A stretch of 64,000 nucleotides of DNA from NCBI GenBank assembly GCA_965116875.1, contig OZ220733.1, positions 1,280,001-1,344,000 of the forward strand, given 5' to 3'. The DNA comes from Candidatus Latescibacterota bacterium (GTDB lineage Bacteria; Latescibacterota; UBA2968; GCA-2709665). How positions within the stretch are numbered: the stretch's first letter is position 1; each line of letters opens with the position of its first letter. A program made the position numbers and the translations under genes. Shown here in pieces: positions 29,505 through 39,666 of this stretch. The notes under the pieces are model-generated. The model was not told where the DNA came from. It searched no databases and was given only the letters and a program-made list of their open reading frames with translations.

Positions 29505-30670
29505 ACCTTGCGCGCCGCATGGACCAGCTCGGTACCGAATCCGCGTTCGAAGTGCTCGTCAAGGCGAGAGAACTGGAATCACGGGGCAAAGACGTGGTCC
29601 ACCTGGAAATCGGCGAGCCTGATTTCGATACCCCGTCCCACATCGTCGATGCCGGCAGGCAGGCGCTTTCTTCGGGGTATACGCACTACGGTCCCCCGGT
29701 GGGACTGCCGGAACTCCGCGAGGCCATTGCACAGGACGTATCCAGGTTCCGTGGAATCCAGGTCATGCCGGATCAGGTTGTGGTCACGCCCGGCGCCAAA
29801 CCGATCATGTTCTACGCGATTCTCGCCCTTGCGCAGCCGGGAGACGAGGTCATCTATCCCGACCCCGGATTTCCAATCTACGAGTCCGTCATCAGATTTG
29901 CGGGCGCCCGCCCGGTTCCCATTTCGCTTACGGAAGAACGCGACTTCAGTCTCGACGTGAATGAACTGGCGGACCTGATCACGGACCGCACGCGGCTTCT
30001 CATCATCAATTCTCCGCAAAACCCCACGAGTGGAATCATCCCTCCGGCAGACCTGAAGGCGATCGCGAAACTTGCCGTCGACAGGGGGATCCCGGTACTT
30101 GCCGACGAGATCTACTCGCGCATCCGGTACGACGACGCATTCCACAGCATTTCCGTGTACGAGGGTATGCAGGACCTGACCATCATTCTGGACGGCTTTT
30201 CCAAGACGTACGCAATGACGGGATGGCGTATCGGGTACGGTGTGATGCCGCAGAAACTGGCGGAACAGTTCGGACTCCTGATGGTCAACAGCAACTCCTG
30301 CACCGCGACGTTCACCCAGAGGGCCGCTCTGGCCGCACTTCAGGGTCCGCAGGATGACGTCCACACAATGGTGGCTGAATTCAAACGCCGCAGGGACATC
30401 TTCGTCGCGGGGCTCCGCGAGATCCCCGGCATCCGCTGCCCGCTCCCGGGGGGCGCATTCTACCTCTTTCCGAATATCGAGGACCTGGGTCTCTCTTCCC
30501 AGGAATTCGCCGACTATCTTCTGTACGAAGGAAACGTCGCTGCGCTGTCCGGCCATGGTTTTGGCGCATCCGGCGAAGGCCACGTCCGCTTTTCCTTTGC
30601 CAATTCGGTCGAAAATATACGGAAAGCACTGGACCGCATTGCCGAATGCGTGCGAAAAATCCAGGGATGA
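29501..30670 (+). CDS. PLP-dependent class I aminotransferase (aspartate/prephenate type)
   Basis: GEPDF, NSPQNPT, DEIY, GFSKTYAMTGWRIG; ATGA overlap with pheA. Confidence 0.93.
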   Translation: MNLARRMDQLGTESAFEVLVKARELESRGKDVVHLEIGEPDFDTPSHIVDAGRQALSSGYTHYGPPVGLPELREAIAQDVSRFRGIQVMPDQVVVTPGAKPIMFYAILALAQPGDEVIYPDPGFPIYESVIRFAGARPVPISLTEERDFSLDVNELADLITDRTRLLIINSPQNPTSGIIPPADLKAIAKLAVDRGIPVLADEIYSRIRYDDAFHSISVYEGMQDLTIILDGFSKTYAMTGWRIGYGVMPQKLAEQFGLLMVNSNSCTATFTQRAALAALQGPQDDVHTMVAEFKRRRDIFVAGLREIPGIRCPLPGGAFYLFPNIEDLGLSSQEFADYLLYEGNVAALSGHGFGASGEGHVRFSFANSVENIRKALDRIAECVRKIQG

Positions 30671-30689
30671 CACGTCACTTGAGGGCCTT

Positions 30690-30733
30690 ACGAGAAACCC
30701 CGGTGACGGGTCGTCACCGGGGTTTCTCGTTTT
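30690..30733. terminator. Intrinsic terminator hairpin
   Basis: Perfect 19-bp stem ACGAGAAACCCCGGTGACG-GGT-CGTCACCGGGGTTTCTCGT plus TTT between convergent genes. Confidence 0.85.
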
Positions 30734-30802
30734 GAATGCGGAGATGGTACTCAGCCGCGCGCGGAGCAGGGTATCCCCGCACGTGGCAGACCTTCCCGCT
30801 TC

Positions 30803-32917
30803 CTACCACATCACACGAAAAGACGTCGCCGTGCTTACTTCCTGCCGGCTGTTCAAATCCAGAACTTTTACCCGAAAGTCCCGCGGGCCGGGAAACATCT
30901 CCAGGTTCAGCGCCTGGTATATCGGCTCCCAGGCCTGCGAACCCTTGTGGGTATAGGAGACCGCCGTCGTCCATTCCGGCTCCGCCTCCACATCGTCTTC
31001 CTTCAAGGTCCGGATCTGGTAGGTTACCTGATAGTTGGTGGCGCCGAACCGGTCCTTCCGCAGATTGTAGATTTCATAGTAGAAATACGCCTGCGCACCC
31101 TGCCGATACTGCTTGAGAGGATTGGGCAGAATGAGGTACCGCCCCCGTCCGTAAGGCGCCTGCTCCCGTTCGACGATCCTTCGCGCAAGCAGCATATCGC
31201 TCACGCTGAGCGAATCGTATCCGAATTCACCAACCCGCAACACGCTCCGGAACGTGCCGATCGACTTTGTCTTCCTGTCCTCGGCCTCCGCGGCGATGAA
31301 GTATTCCCCGGGCGACAGCATCAGCTTCTCGCCGGTAAACAGATATCCTTCCCGGGTCGCTTCATACTGTACCCAGGGCATGACGTCGACCCTTCCGATA
31401 TCCTTCCTCAGGGTATCCCAATCCGCGTCGAACAAGAACAGTCCCTGGCGTATTTCCACGGCCTGCGCCCCGGTTTGCGCCTCCTTGTGTTGCACTTCCT
31501 CTCCCGGAAGCGCATAGTAAACCTCCACTCTGGCCTTGTCCCCTTCCCCGCGAAACCGTGCCATCTGGTACGGGGCATCGTAACGTTCCCATCTGTATGG
31601 GTCCTTGTAGTATTCGGGCACCTTTGCCGTCAGCCTCTCGAAATCCACCGGGCGACGCCCCAACCAGCCCACCCGATAACGCCAGGTATCCCGCGTATCC
31701 GTATTGGCAAACAACAGCCGAAACCCGCCGTAATCCCACATCTCAAGACGGGGACGGTGTTTGAACGGCGTCGTCCCCTGCTGAGTCATCCAGTACAGAT
31801 GATCCTGGTACCACGGAGGCTCATCCAGACCGGTATCGATTTCAGGCGGGCGGACACTCCTTGCCTCCGGACGCCCATACCGGATATACGCCTGTCCCTT
31901 GTCCGTCGTCCAGCCTTCTATTCCGCGTTCCGGATCTCCGAAACGCAGGTTGGCGTACGCCACCCTGCCGCAGTGTTCCATCAGGCGCTCGTTAACCGGC
32001 GTGAGGAACAACGGATCTCGTCCTGTCCAGAATGCCCGCAACGCTTCTTCATCGGGCAGATCATCTCCCGCCTCCACGCTCTGCCTGCCCACGAGCATGA
32101 ATACGGACATCATAAACTGCTGTTCCCTCGGCGACATCCGGCTCAATCCGTTCACATAGGCCGGATAGGCGCGCTGGAGTTCATCCAGCGCCTGGTATGC
32201 CAGCCCCAGGAAGAAGTGAACGTCCGGATCGTCCGGGCTGCGCCTCAGGAAGTCCTCGAAGAGCGCCGCCATTTTTTCCGGCATCCGGGCTTCGTAATAC
32301 ACGAGTCCCAGCAGAAGCAGCGAAGGTCTGTGCTCCGGATCGACGTTCAGGGCGCGGGTCAGATAACCGATCGCCTGGTCCCGGTCCTTTTCACCGAATC
32401 TTTCCAGACTGAACGATCTCGTTCGCCGGTTGCCCAGGTCATCGTACTGATAGTCGATGCGCTCGCTTTCGAGGTATCGCGACATCTGCCAGGCCGCGTA
32501 CCGGCCGGCCAGGTACAGTGCGCCGGCGTGGTCGGGATTCATGTCGATGGCCTTTTTTGAATTCTTGAAGGCGTGGCCTCGCCTGCCCAGGGCCCAGAGT
32601 ACTCTCGCGTATTCAATTCGGAATTCCACGTTGGTTCTGTCTTTTCGCATCGCCCGCTGCAGCCATGTTAAGGCCTGCCTGCGCGTACCCGGCGTGCTTT
32701 CATCGCTGTAAAGCCGGGCGAGTTCGTACATTGCCCATCCGGACGGGTCCAGCCGGATCGCGTCCCTGATGAGCTTTTCGCGTTTCCGGTATTCGATCGT
32801 TGTATCCGATGCCGCCGCAAGAAGCGAGTCCACGCGCACCGAAGCCGCCGTGGCGGCTTCAACGTGCGCTGCGCAGACCGGAATGGATGCTGCAATCGCT
32901 ACTACCAGTGCCCACAT
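30803..32917 (-). CDS. GWxTD-domain protein with TPR repeats, secreted
   Basis: FWxxRDP..LTPVNE...H..RV.YAN..FG....GWTTDKG..YIRYGRP; RBS GGGAGGG before the ATG at 32917. Confidence 0.88.
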   Translation of the reverse strand: MWALVVAIAASIPVCAAHVEAATAASVRVDSLLAAASDTTIEYRKREKLIRDAIRLDPSGWAMYELARLYSDESTPGTRRQALTWLQRAMRKDRTNVEFRIEYARVLWALGRRGHAFKNSKKAIDMNPDHAGALYLAGRYAAWQMSRYLESERIDYQYDDLGNRRTRSFSLERFGEKDRDQAIGYLTRALNVDPEHRPSLLLLGLVYYEARMPEKMAALFEDFLRRSPDDPDVHFFLGLAYQALDELQRAYPAYVNGLSRMSPREQQFMMSVFMLVGRQSVEAGDDLPDEEALRAFWTGRDPLFLTPVNERLMEHCGRVAYANLRFGDPERGIEGWTTDKGQAYIRYGRPEARSVRPPEIDTGLDEPPWYQDHLYWMTQQGTTPFKHRPRLEMWDYGGFRLLFANTDTRDTWRYRVGWLGRRPVDFERLTAKVPEYYKDPYRWERYDAPYQMARFRGEGDKARVEVYYALPGEEVQHKEAQTGAQAVEIRQGLFLFDADWDTLRKDIGRVDVMPWVQYEATREGYLFTGEKLMLSPGEYFIAAEAEDRKTKSIGTFRSVLRVGEFGYDSLSVSDMLLARRIVEREQAPYGRGRYLILPNPLKQYRQGAQAYFYYEIYNLRKDRFGATNYQVTYQIRTLKEDDVEAEPEWTTAVSYTHKGSQAWEPIYQALNLEMFPGPRDFRVKVLDLNSRQEVSTATSFRVMW

Positions 32918-32981
32918 ACGCCCTCCCGTTACAGGTCGCGTCCAACGTCCCGCATTCTGTAACATCGCCACAAATGGCAGA

Positions 32982-33010
32982 TTGACAATGAAATAAATGC
33001 CCGGTATCAT
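32982..33010 (+). promoter_or_regulatory. Sigma70-type promoter
   Basis: TTGACA-17 bp-TATCAT upstream of 33090. Confidence 0.75.
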
Positions 33011-33089
33011 GTATACGAACGATCCGTGAAAAAGTTCTCCGGCCCTTCCAACGGTCCGATACGCGGCCGCGTTATTCCGGGAGAATTCG

Positions 33090-34160
33090 ATGGCGAACCC
33101 TTACACGCAACCTGCTGAGGTCGTCAGCCGCTGGATCAACGACCGTCAGCGCCTGCTTCGAAACGAGACGGAAGACTTTCTTCGAAGCGAGATCCTGGAT
33201 TACAGCCCGCGGCAGGCCGCGCATTGGAATCGGGACTACAGTTCGGTTGAGGCCTTCGAACGTTCGGTCGAAGCCAACCGCCGCTGCTGGCAGGAAACGA
33301 TCGGCGTCTTCGAGTACGACGGCACCCCGCTCGAACCGGTGCTGGATCCGTGGTACGAAGACGAGAGGTTCACCGCATGGTGGATTACCATCGGATTACT
33401 GGGCAATCTGAGAGGGCGCGGCATACTCGCCCTGCCCAAAGGCGCGGACGGTCCCGCCCCGCTCGTCATCGCCCAGCACGGTATCGGATCGTCGCCCGAA
33501 AAGGCATTCGGCCTGGACGATCCGAACGACACCTACAAATCCTATGCGCGGCGCCTGGCGGAAGAGGGCTTCGCCGTGATCGCTCCGATGAATATCACGG
33601 GCGGCCCGTCGCGGGCACGTCAGGAACGACTCTGCAAGCTCCTTGGCAATACCCTGTGGGGTCTGGAGATCTTCCGCACGCAGCGGCTTCTGGACTACCT
33701 GGAAACCCGCCCTGAAATTGACATCGAACGCACCGCAATGTATGGGATCAGCCTCGGCGGCGCCTATACCATGTTCACGACTCCGGTCGAACCCCGCATC
33801 AGGGCCGCCGTGGTGTGCGCATGGTTCAACCACAGGCGAAACAAAATGGCCGTGGACGACCCGAGGTACAGCTGCTTTCTTTCCGTCAACGAGGAGCACG
33901 TATGGATTCCGGGCTGGCTGAGCGCGTTCACCGACAGCGACCTGGTCTCGCTCATTTGTCCCCGTCCCCTGCTGGTGGAACAGGGCAAGGCCGACGGAAT
34001 CGCCTGGTGGCCGATGATGCTCGACGAGTATCGGCAGGCCGGCGAACACTACTCGAAACTGGGACTATCCGAGAATATCGATATCGACCTTCACGAAGGC
34101 GGTCACGAGATCCGGCTTGAAAGGAGCCTTCAATTCCTCAGGAAATGGCTGGCGAGGTAG
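33090..34160 (+). CDS. Alpha/beta hydrolase (dienelactone hydrolase / esterase-like)
   Basis: QHG, GISLGG nucleophile elbow, LICPRPLL, GGHE. Confidence 0.85.
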   Translation: MANPYTQPAEVVSRWINDRQRLLRNETEDFLRSEILDYSPRQAAHWNRDYSSVEAFERSVEANRRCWQETIGVFEYDGTPLEPVLDPWYEDERFTAWWITIGLLGNLRGRGILALPKGADGPAPLVIAQHGIGSSPEKAFGLDDPNDTYKSYARRLAEEGFAVIAPMNITGGPSRARQERLCKLLGNTLWGLEIFRTQRLLDYLETRPEIDIERTAMYGISLGGAYTMFTTPVEPRIRAAVVCAWFNHRRNKMAVDDPRYSCFLSVNEEHVWIPGWLSAFTDSDLVSLICPRPLLVEQGKADGIAWWPMMLDEYRQAGEHYSKLGLSENIDIDLHEGGHEIRLERSLQFLRKWLAR

Positions 34161-34244
34161 CCTTTGCGCGCACGCCCCGATCCGGCGTTGCGTGTCCCAC
34201 GCTGAATCGGACAGTCTAAAATACATCACGCAAAGGAAAAAAAC

Positions 34245-35243
34245 ATGGTGAAACTGGGTGTCTTCGGGTGCGCGGGCATTGCAACCCATCAGCTGAGTTC
34301 CGTGTGGGACGACGACTGCTTCCAGGTGGTCGCGGGAGCAGACGTACGTCCGTCGCAACTCGACCATTTCAGGGAAAAGTTCAATATGGGCCAGGGCTAT
34401 GCGGATTACAGGATCCTGCTTGACGAAGCCGATATCGAAGCCGTCATGATCTGCACGCCCACCTTCCTCCATCCGGAGATGACAATCGCGGCCGCGGAGG
34501 CCGGCAAACACGTCTTCTGCCAGAAACCCATGGCGATGAATTCTTACGACTGTTACCGCATGATCCGGACGTGCCGCAGAAATAACGTCGGACTCCAGAT
34601 CGGTTTCGTGCGGCGTTTCGACAATGACTGGGGCACGGTAAAAAAGGTCGTCGAATCCGGCCGGCTGGGCAGCCCGGTTGTCTGGCGTCAGATCTCCGGG
34701 GGCTCGCCCCCCGGGAGCCCGTTCTTCATGGACCGCTTTCAGGGCGGCGGGCCGATGATCGACGGCATGGTCCACAACTACGACTTCGCGGTCCACTGTT
34801 TCGGCGAACCCGTGGAAGTCAAGTCCATGCCCATCAAGATTCACCACACGTCCACCGCCTGGGATACGGGCACCGTCCTCGTCCGCTTTGAACGGGGCGA
34901 CGCCATCATGTGTTCCTGGACCTGGGGTCTGCCGTCCGGCGTTCGTCCAAGAGGCGGAACGGATATTATCGGTCCAAACGGCGCGCTCTCATTCCCCGGG
35001 AATTACGATCCGGGGAAGGCCGAAGGCAAATTCGACCCCGACACCCGGGGCGCCTACCTCCTTTCCCTGGCCGACGGCGAAGAGGAAGTCATCACCTTCG
35101 AAAAGAAAAACATGTTCCGGGACGAAATGCTGCATTTCGCCGATTGGGTTCAAAATGGAACGGACCCGCTGGTTACCGGTGAAGACGGCCTGCGCGCCAC
35201 CCGGATCGCGGAACTCGCGCTCAGCGGCGGCGGCCTGGTTTAG
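34245..35243 (+). CDS. Gfo/Idh/MocA oxidoreductase
   Basis: GVFGCAGI, CTPT..H, CQKP, GGG..ID..VH. Confidence 0.9.
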   Translation: MVKLGVFGCAGIATHQLSSVWDDDCFQVVAGADVRPSQLDHFREKFNMGQGYADYRILLDEADIEAVMICTPTFLHPEMTIAAAEAGKHVFCQKPMAMNSYDCYRMIRTCRRNNVGLQIGFVRRFDNDWGTVKKVVESGRLGSPVVWRQISGGSPPGSPFFMDRFQGGGPMIDGMVHNYDFAVHCFGEPVEVKSMPIKIHHTSTAWDTGTVLVRFERGDAIMCSWTWGLPSGVRPRGGTDIIGPNGALSFPGNYDPGKAEGKFDPDTRGAYLLSLADGEEEVITFEKKNMFRDEMLHFADWVQNGTDPLVTGEDGLRATRIAELALSGGGLV

Positions 35244-35297
35244 CCGCAAAACACCGTGGAAATGCGTGATTGGATGTCCCGACACCAAGAGAAATGC

Positions 35298-36182
35298 ATG
35301 ACTTTGTTACGTATCGCGCTTGCGCAGACGCGGCAGACCGCGGACCGGGAGGACAACCGCCTCGCCATCCTCGAAGCCATCGACCTCGCGGCTTCCCGGA
35401 ACGTGCAGATCCTTTGTTTTCCCGAGACCCAGACAACCGGCTATCGGGTAGACATTGCTTCCGCGGACGCTCCGGTGCCCGTCGCCTGGCTGAATGAGGT
35501 ACACGACGAAGTTGCGGCAAAATGCGCGAAGCACGGCGTCGCCTGCATCCTGGGTACCGAAACGCCATCCGAGCGTGGCAAGCCTTACAACACCGCGCTC
35601 GTGATCGATAAGCATGGAAACGTCCTGGGCCTGCACCATAAGACGATGCTGACGCCGCTGGACGCCATGGCCTACGAGCGGGGAAACGCGCAGCACACGT
35701 TCGATCTTGGCGGCGTGCGCATCGGCGTGGTCATCTGCTTCGAGGCGCTGCGCTTTGCTGAAACGACCGCCGAATGCGTGCGCCGCGGTGCACAGGTCGT
35801 CTTCCATCCGCAGAACAACACGACCCGTCCCAACGACTGGAAGATCCCCATCCACCATGCCATGATCGTCACCCGCGCCGCCGAGAATACCGTCTGGTTC
35901 GCTTCCTGCAACGCATGCCTCCCGCACCAGAACAGCCGCAGCCTGATTGTTGCCCCCGACGGCCGCGTTCACGGGCAGACGGAGCTGAGGCAGGAGGAAC
36001 TGCTGGTACGTGACGTCGACGTGCGGGAGGCGACGCGCGCCATGTTCAGCCTGGGTGAAGACGGTTCGGCCGTCGGGGCGCTGGAACACAGCGCAAGCCC
36101 GCTGTTTGCCGATACGGTGAAGGCGGAAGAGTATGCCGCCGCGCTCAAGGCGGAAGAGTCCCCCACCAGGGCACCGCAATGA
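35298..36182 (+). CDS. Carbon-nitrogen hydrolase (nitrilase superfamily)
   Basis: E-K-C triad in FPE, HHK, ICFE; start uncertain (35256-35298). Confidence 0.88.
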   Translation: MTLLRIALAQTRQTADREDNRLAILEAIDLAASRNVQILCFPETQTTGYRVDIASADAPVPVAWLNEVHDEVAAKCAKHGVACILGTETPSERGKPYNTALVIDKHGNVLGLHHKTMLTPLDAMAYERGNAQHTFDLGGVRIGVVICFEALRFAETTAECVRRGAQVVFHPQNNTTRPNDWKIPIHHAMIVTRAAENTVWFASCNACLPHQNSRSLIVAPDGRVHGQTELRQEELLVRDVDVREATRAMFSLGEDGSAVGALEHSASPLFADTVKAEEYAAALKAEESPTRAPQ

Positions 36183-38221
36183 CCGCTCGAACCGTCCTTA
36201 TATTCGCCGTCCTCCTCTGTACAGCCTCGACGGTGCTTGCGCAGGACAGCGAGGCGCCGCCCGAAGGCGACTTCAACGGCGACAATGCCGTCGACTTCCA
36301 GGATTTCATCCTGTTCGCAAAGGCGTTCGGCTCCGGACAGGCCTTATACGACCTGGACAGGGACGGCAGCGTCTCCTTTGGCGACTTCCTGCTTTTCGCC
36401 CGGGCGTTCGGCCGTACCGGCGACCCGGCTCTTCGGGTCCGGGATATCGGGATCCCGGTACGTTCGGTCAACTGGGTCCGCCTGCATCCCGGTCCGGACA
36501 GTGAAAACCGTCCGCGCGTGTACATCACCATGGGACAGCAGGCCGACAACCTGTTCGTCCTGCAGGTCGACCCCGAAACCGGCGCGTTCCACCAGTACGT
36601 ATCCAATGTCCCTCGATCCAACTACCCGACCGCCACGTTGATGAGCCGTTCCGGCCGCCTCTACATCGGGTCCGCGTACGCCGGCCACCTCCTCTGCTTC
36701 GATCCCCGTCTGAATGCCCTTCTGGATCTGGGCGCCATCAATCCGGGGGCCGCCACCTTCCCGTGCCGTATGGACGAAGATCAGGATGGCCGCATCTGGA
36801 TCGGCAGCTACCCGGGGGCCGACCTGACGGTTTACGACCCGAAAACCGGTGAGTTCACCCGTTACGGCCGCATGTCAAGCGTGGACAAGTACAATTATCC
36901 CCTGGTCGCTCCGGACGGCAAGATCGCGTGTCTTATCAGACAGACGCGGCCTCACGTCGTCGTCTTCGATCCCGCCACAGGGGGAAGTTTTCTGGTCGGT
37001 CCGATTACGTTCAAGGGACAGGGCACGCTGAACCTGGAGAGAAGGCGGGACGGCAACCTCTACGTCACCACGTCGGACTACGGCAATTTCCTGATTTCCG
37101 GGAACGAAGGCATCGCCGTCGCGACGCTGCCGGGCCGATTGTCGCGTCCGACGCTTCCCGACGGCAGCACCTTCGTGTTTTCCGACGGCACGGAACAGAT
37201 CTATCGCACCCTCCGCGTCCGCCGTCCCTTTGGCAGCGTCCGCACGTTCGAACTCGATTACGAGGCCAGTGGTACCGACATTTTCTACGTTCATACGGGC
37301 CCGGACGGCTTGATCTACGGATCGAGCATCCTGCCGCTGCACCTCTTCAGGTTCAACCCCCTCGCAGGCGAGCTGGTCGACCTGGGCAAGTGTTCCCGTT
37401 CCGCCGGCGAAGCCTATTCGATGGCAAACCTGCAAGGGAAGCTCTATATCTCCTCCTATCCTGCGGCTCGCATTTCGGTATACGACCCCGTCCTTCCCTA
37501 CCAGTATGGCACGGGCCCGGATGACAATCCCCGCGAACTGGGCCGCCTGGACGATATCTCCTACCGGCCCCGTTCCACGCTCGCGGGTCCGATGGGCAGG
37601 GTCTGGGTCGCGTCCGTACCGGACTACGGCCGGTGGGGCGGTCCCCTCGCCTACTACGATCCCGCGACGGGTGAACGGAAATCCTACAAACGCATCGTGG
37701 GAGATGCGAGTTGTTATACACTCGCCCACCTGGAATCGCAGAAGCTCATCGCCGTGGGCACGACGATCCGCGGCGGCAGCGGGACGAATCCCAAAGTCAG
37801 CGTAGCCAACCTCTTTTTGTGGGACTACCACGCCGAAGAAAAGGCCTGGGAGGGAACGATCGAGGGACGAAGCTCGCCCGTAACCGTCTTCAATGCATTG
37901 CTTGCCGGCCCCGACGGCCTGCTCTATGGTACGGTTCGGGGCGGCGGCGATGAACTCTTCGTTTTCGATCCCGATACCCGCGCCTTCATCCACCGCGCTC
38001 CCTTGCCCGCCGGCCGCACCCTTGACCTGGGTCTGCAAAACGGTCCGGACGGCAAAATTTACGGCTTTACCAGTACGCTCATCTACAGTCTCGATCCCAC
38101 AACCCGTAAGATCGAGGAAGTCCTCAGCGTGGAGGACGGTATCCGGATCGCCGGGCCGATCCTGGGCAAGGAGATTTACTTTGCGACCGGCGCGGTGCTC
38201 AGATCGGCGACCATATTCTAA
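36179..38221 (+). CDS. Secreted protein: dockerin/EF-hand-like tag plus beta-propeller repeats
   Basis: Signal peptide; DFNGDNAVDFQDF...FG and DLDRDGSVSFGDF...FG; repeated PDGxIYG/YDP blades. Confidence 0.8.
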   Translation: MTARTVLIFAVLLCTASTVLAQDSEAPPEGDFNGDNAVDFQDFILFAKAFGSGQALYDLDRDGSVSFGDFLLFARAFGRTGDPALRVRDIGIPVRSVNWVRLHPGPDSENRPRVYITMGQQADNLFVLQVDPETGAFHQYVSNVPRSNYPTATLMSRSGRLYIGSAYAGHLLCFDPRLNALLDLGAINPGAATFPCRMDEDQDGRIWIGSYPGADLTVYDPKTGEFTRYGRMSSVDKYNYPLVAPDGKIACLIRQTRPHVVVFDPATGGSFLVGPITFKGQGTLNLERRRDGNLYVTTSDYGNFLISGNEGIAVATLPGRLSRPTLPDGSTFVFSDGTEQIYRTLRVRRPFGSVRTFELDYEASGTDIFYVHTGPDGLIYGSSILPLHLFRFNPLAGELVDLGKCSRSAGEAYSMANLQGKLYISSYPAARISVYDPVLPYQYGTGPDDNPRELGRLDDISYRPRSTLAGPMGRVWVASVPDYGRWGGPLAYYDPATGERKSYKRIVGDASCYTLAHLESQKLIAVGTTIRGGSGTNPKVSVANLFLWDYHAEEKAWEGTIEGRSSPVTVFNALLAGPDGLLYGTVRGGGDELFVFDPDTRAFIHRAPLPAGRTLDLGLQNGPDGKIYGFTSTLIYSLDPTTRKIEEVLSVEDGIRIAGPILGKEIYFATGAVLRSATIF

Positions 38222-38452
38222 CCAAGATTCGTCATTTTTCGGGAAGGTTAATTCGAATATGTGCCAGTTAATAAAGGCGATTCAACTGCTGATTACCAGG
38301 ATACACCAGGACACTGGACGTGAACGGAAAAAATGTCCTTCATGACGACCATTTCGGCCCGTTTCGAAAGGTTTCGTCGCGGTGCCGCGTTGCGGCTTTT
38401 GCGGAATTGAGTCTAAGAATCGGAAGAGGGTAGAAGGGAGAAGGAAGAGATT

Positions 38453-38484
38453 GCCTGCAGAGCGACTTTATAAACGGACTGCTA
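38453..38484 (+). repeat. Isolated right end of MITE family B
   Basis: GCCTGCAGAGCGACTTTATAAACGGACTGCTA matches the end of the 28469-28570 element. Confidence 0.65.
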
Positions 38485-38527
38485 AGCGATCCGGACAGGC
38501 TGTTCACATCTGAAAAGGGTACCGCCA

Positions 38528-39595
38528 ATGGCGTCGAGATTACCGGGAAAAAAACTCCGTATTGCCTTTATCGGCGCGGGAGGCATCGCCGGCGCCCACA
38601 TGCGCTGCCTGTCGGAGATGGATGACGTGGATATGGTCGCCATGGCGGACATCTCCGGTGCGGCCCTTGAAAGACGTTCGAAAGAGTACGGCATTGCCGA
38701 CTGCTTTGCGGACTACGGGACCATGCTGAGCGAAGTCAGGCCCGATGCCGTAAGCGTCTGCACGCCGAACGGCCTTCACGCTCCGGCCACCATCGCGTCG
38801 CTTTCGGCGGGCGCGCACGTCATCGTCGAAAAGCCGATGGCCATGAACGCGCGGGAAGCGAGGGCCATGCTGGACGCCGCCAGGAAACACCGGCGAAAGC
38901 TGGTCATCGGATTTCAGCATCGCTTCGACCCGAAAACCCGATTCATCAAAGACGCCGTGGACAGCGGCCGGCTGGGGAGGATCCTGTTTGCCCGCGTGCA
39001 GGCCCTGCGCAGGCGCGGCATTCCCAACTGGGGTGTTTTCGGCCGGAAGGAACTCCAGGGCGGCGGCCCGCTCGTGGACATCGGCGTACACGTGCTGGAA
39101 GCCGTCCACTACATCATGGGCGCGCCCAGACCCGTCGCGGCCGGTGGCAACGTCTTTACGTACCTTGGAAATAAGAAACCGGAAACGGTCTGCAGGTGGC
39201 CGGATTGGGACTATGAGACCTACACGGTCGAAGACCTTGCCGTGGGCCAGATCCGCTTTGAAGACAACGCCGTCATTCACGTGGAATCCAGCTTTGCCGC
39301 ACACATCCGGGCCGACGTATGGAACTTTCAGCTCATGGGCGAAAAGGGCGGCGCCACCTGGGATCCGCTTACGATTGCAAGGGATGACAGCGGATATATG
39401 CTAAACACCGAGCCCGGCTGGCTGCCGAAATCTGAATTCGGTTCCACCTTCGGCGCCAAACTTCGCAATTTTGTCGACCACGTCCTTTACGACAGACCCA
39501 CGCTCGCGCCGGCCGAACACGGCCTGATGGTCCAGCAGATGATGGACGCCATTTACGAATCCGCCGAGCAGGGACGCGAAGTCGGCATCGACTAA
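38528..39595 (+). CDS. Gfo/Idh/MocA oxidoreductase
   Basis: IGAGGI, CTPN..H, VEKP, RRRGIP.WG.F, GGGPLVDIGVH. Confidence 0.92.
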   Translation: MASRLPGKKLRIAFIGAGGIAGAHMRCLSEMDDVDMVAMADISGAALERRSKEYGIADCFADYGTMLSEVRPDAVSVCTPNGLHAPATIASLSAGAHVIVEKPMAMNAREARAMLDAARKHRRKLVIGFQHRFDPKTRFIKDAVDSGRLGRILFARVQALRRRGIPNWGVFGRKELQGGGPLVDIGVHVLEAVHYIMGAPRPVAAGGNVFTYLGNKKPETVCRWPDWDYETYTVEDLAVGQIRFEDNAVIHVESSFAAHIRADVWNFQLMGEKGGATWDPLTIARDDSGYMLNTEPGWLPKSEFGSTFGAKLRNFVDHVLYDRPTLAPAEHGLMVQQMMDAIYESAEQGREVGID

Positions 39596-39666
39596 GTCTA
39601 CTTACGGGCGCGCGTTTCACACGCAATCTCCGGATTGGGTAAACCCCTTTACTCTTGCAGAACGAC

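Noticed and set aside
30947-32560. Long antisense ORFs (also 8079-9572, 22267-23778, 36875-38038, 53311-54333)
   Set aside because: Shadow frames of well-supported genes in GC-rich DNA, with no motifs
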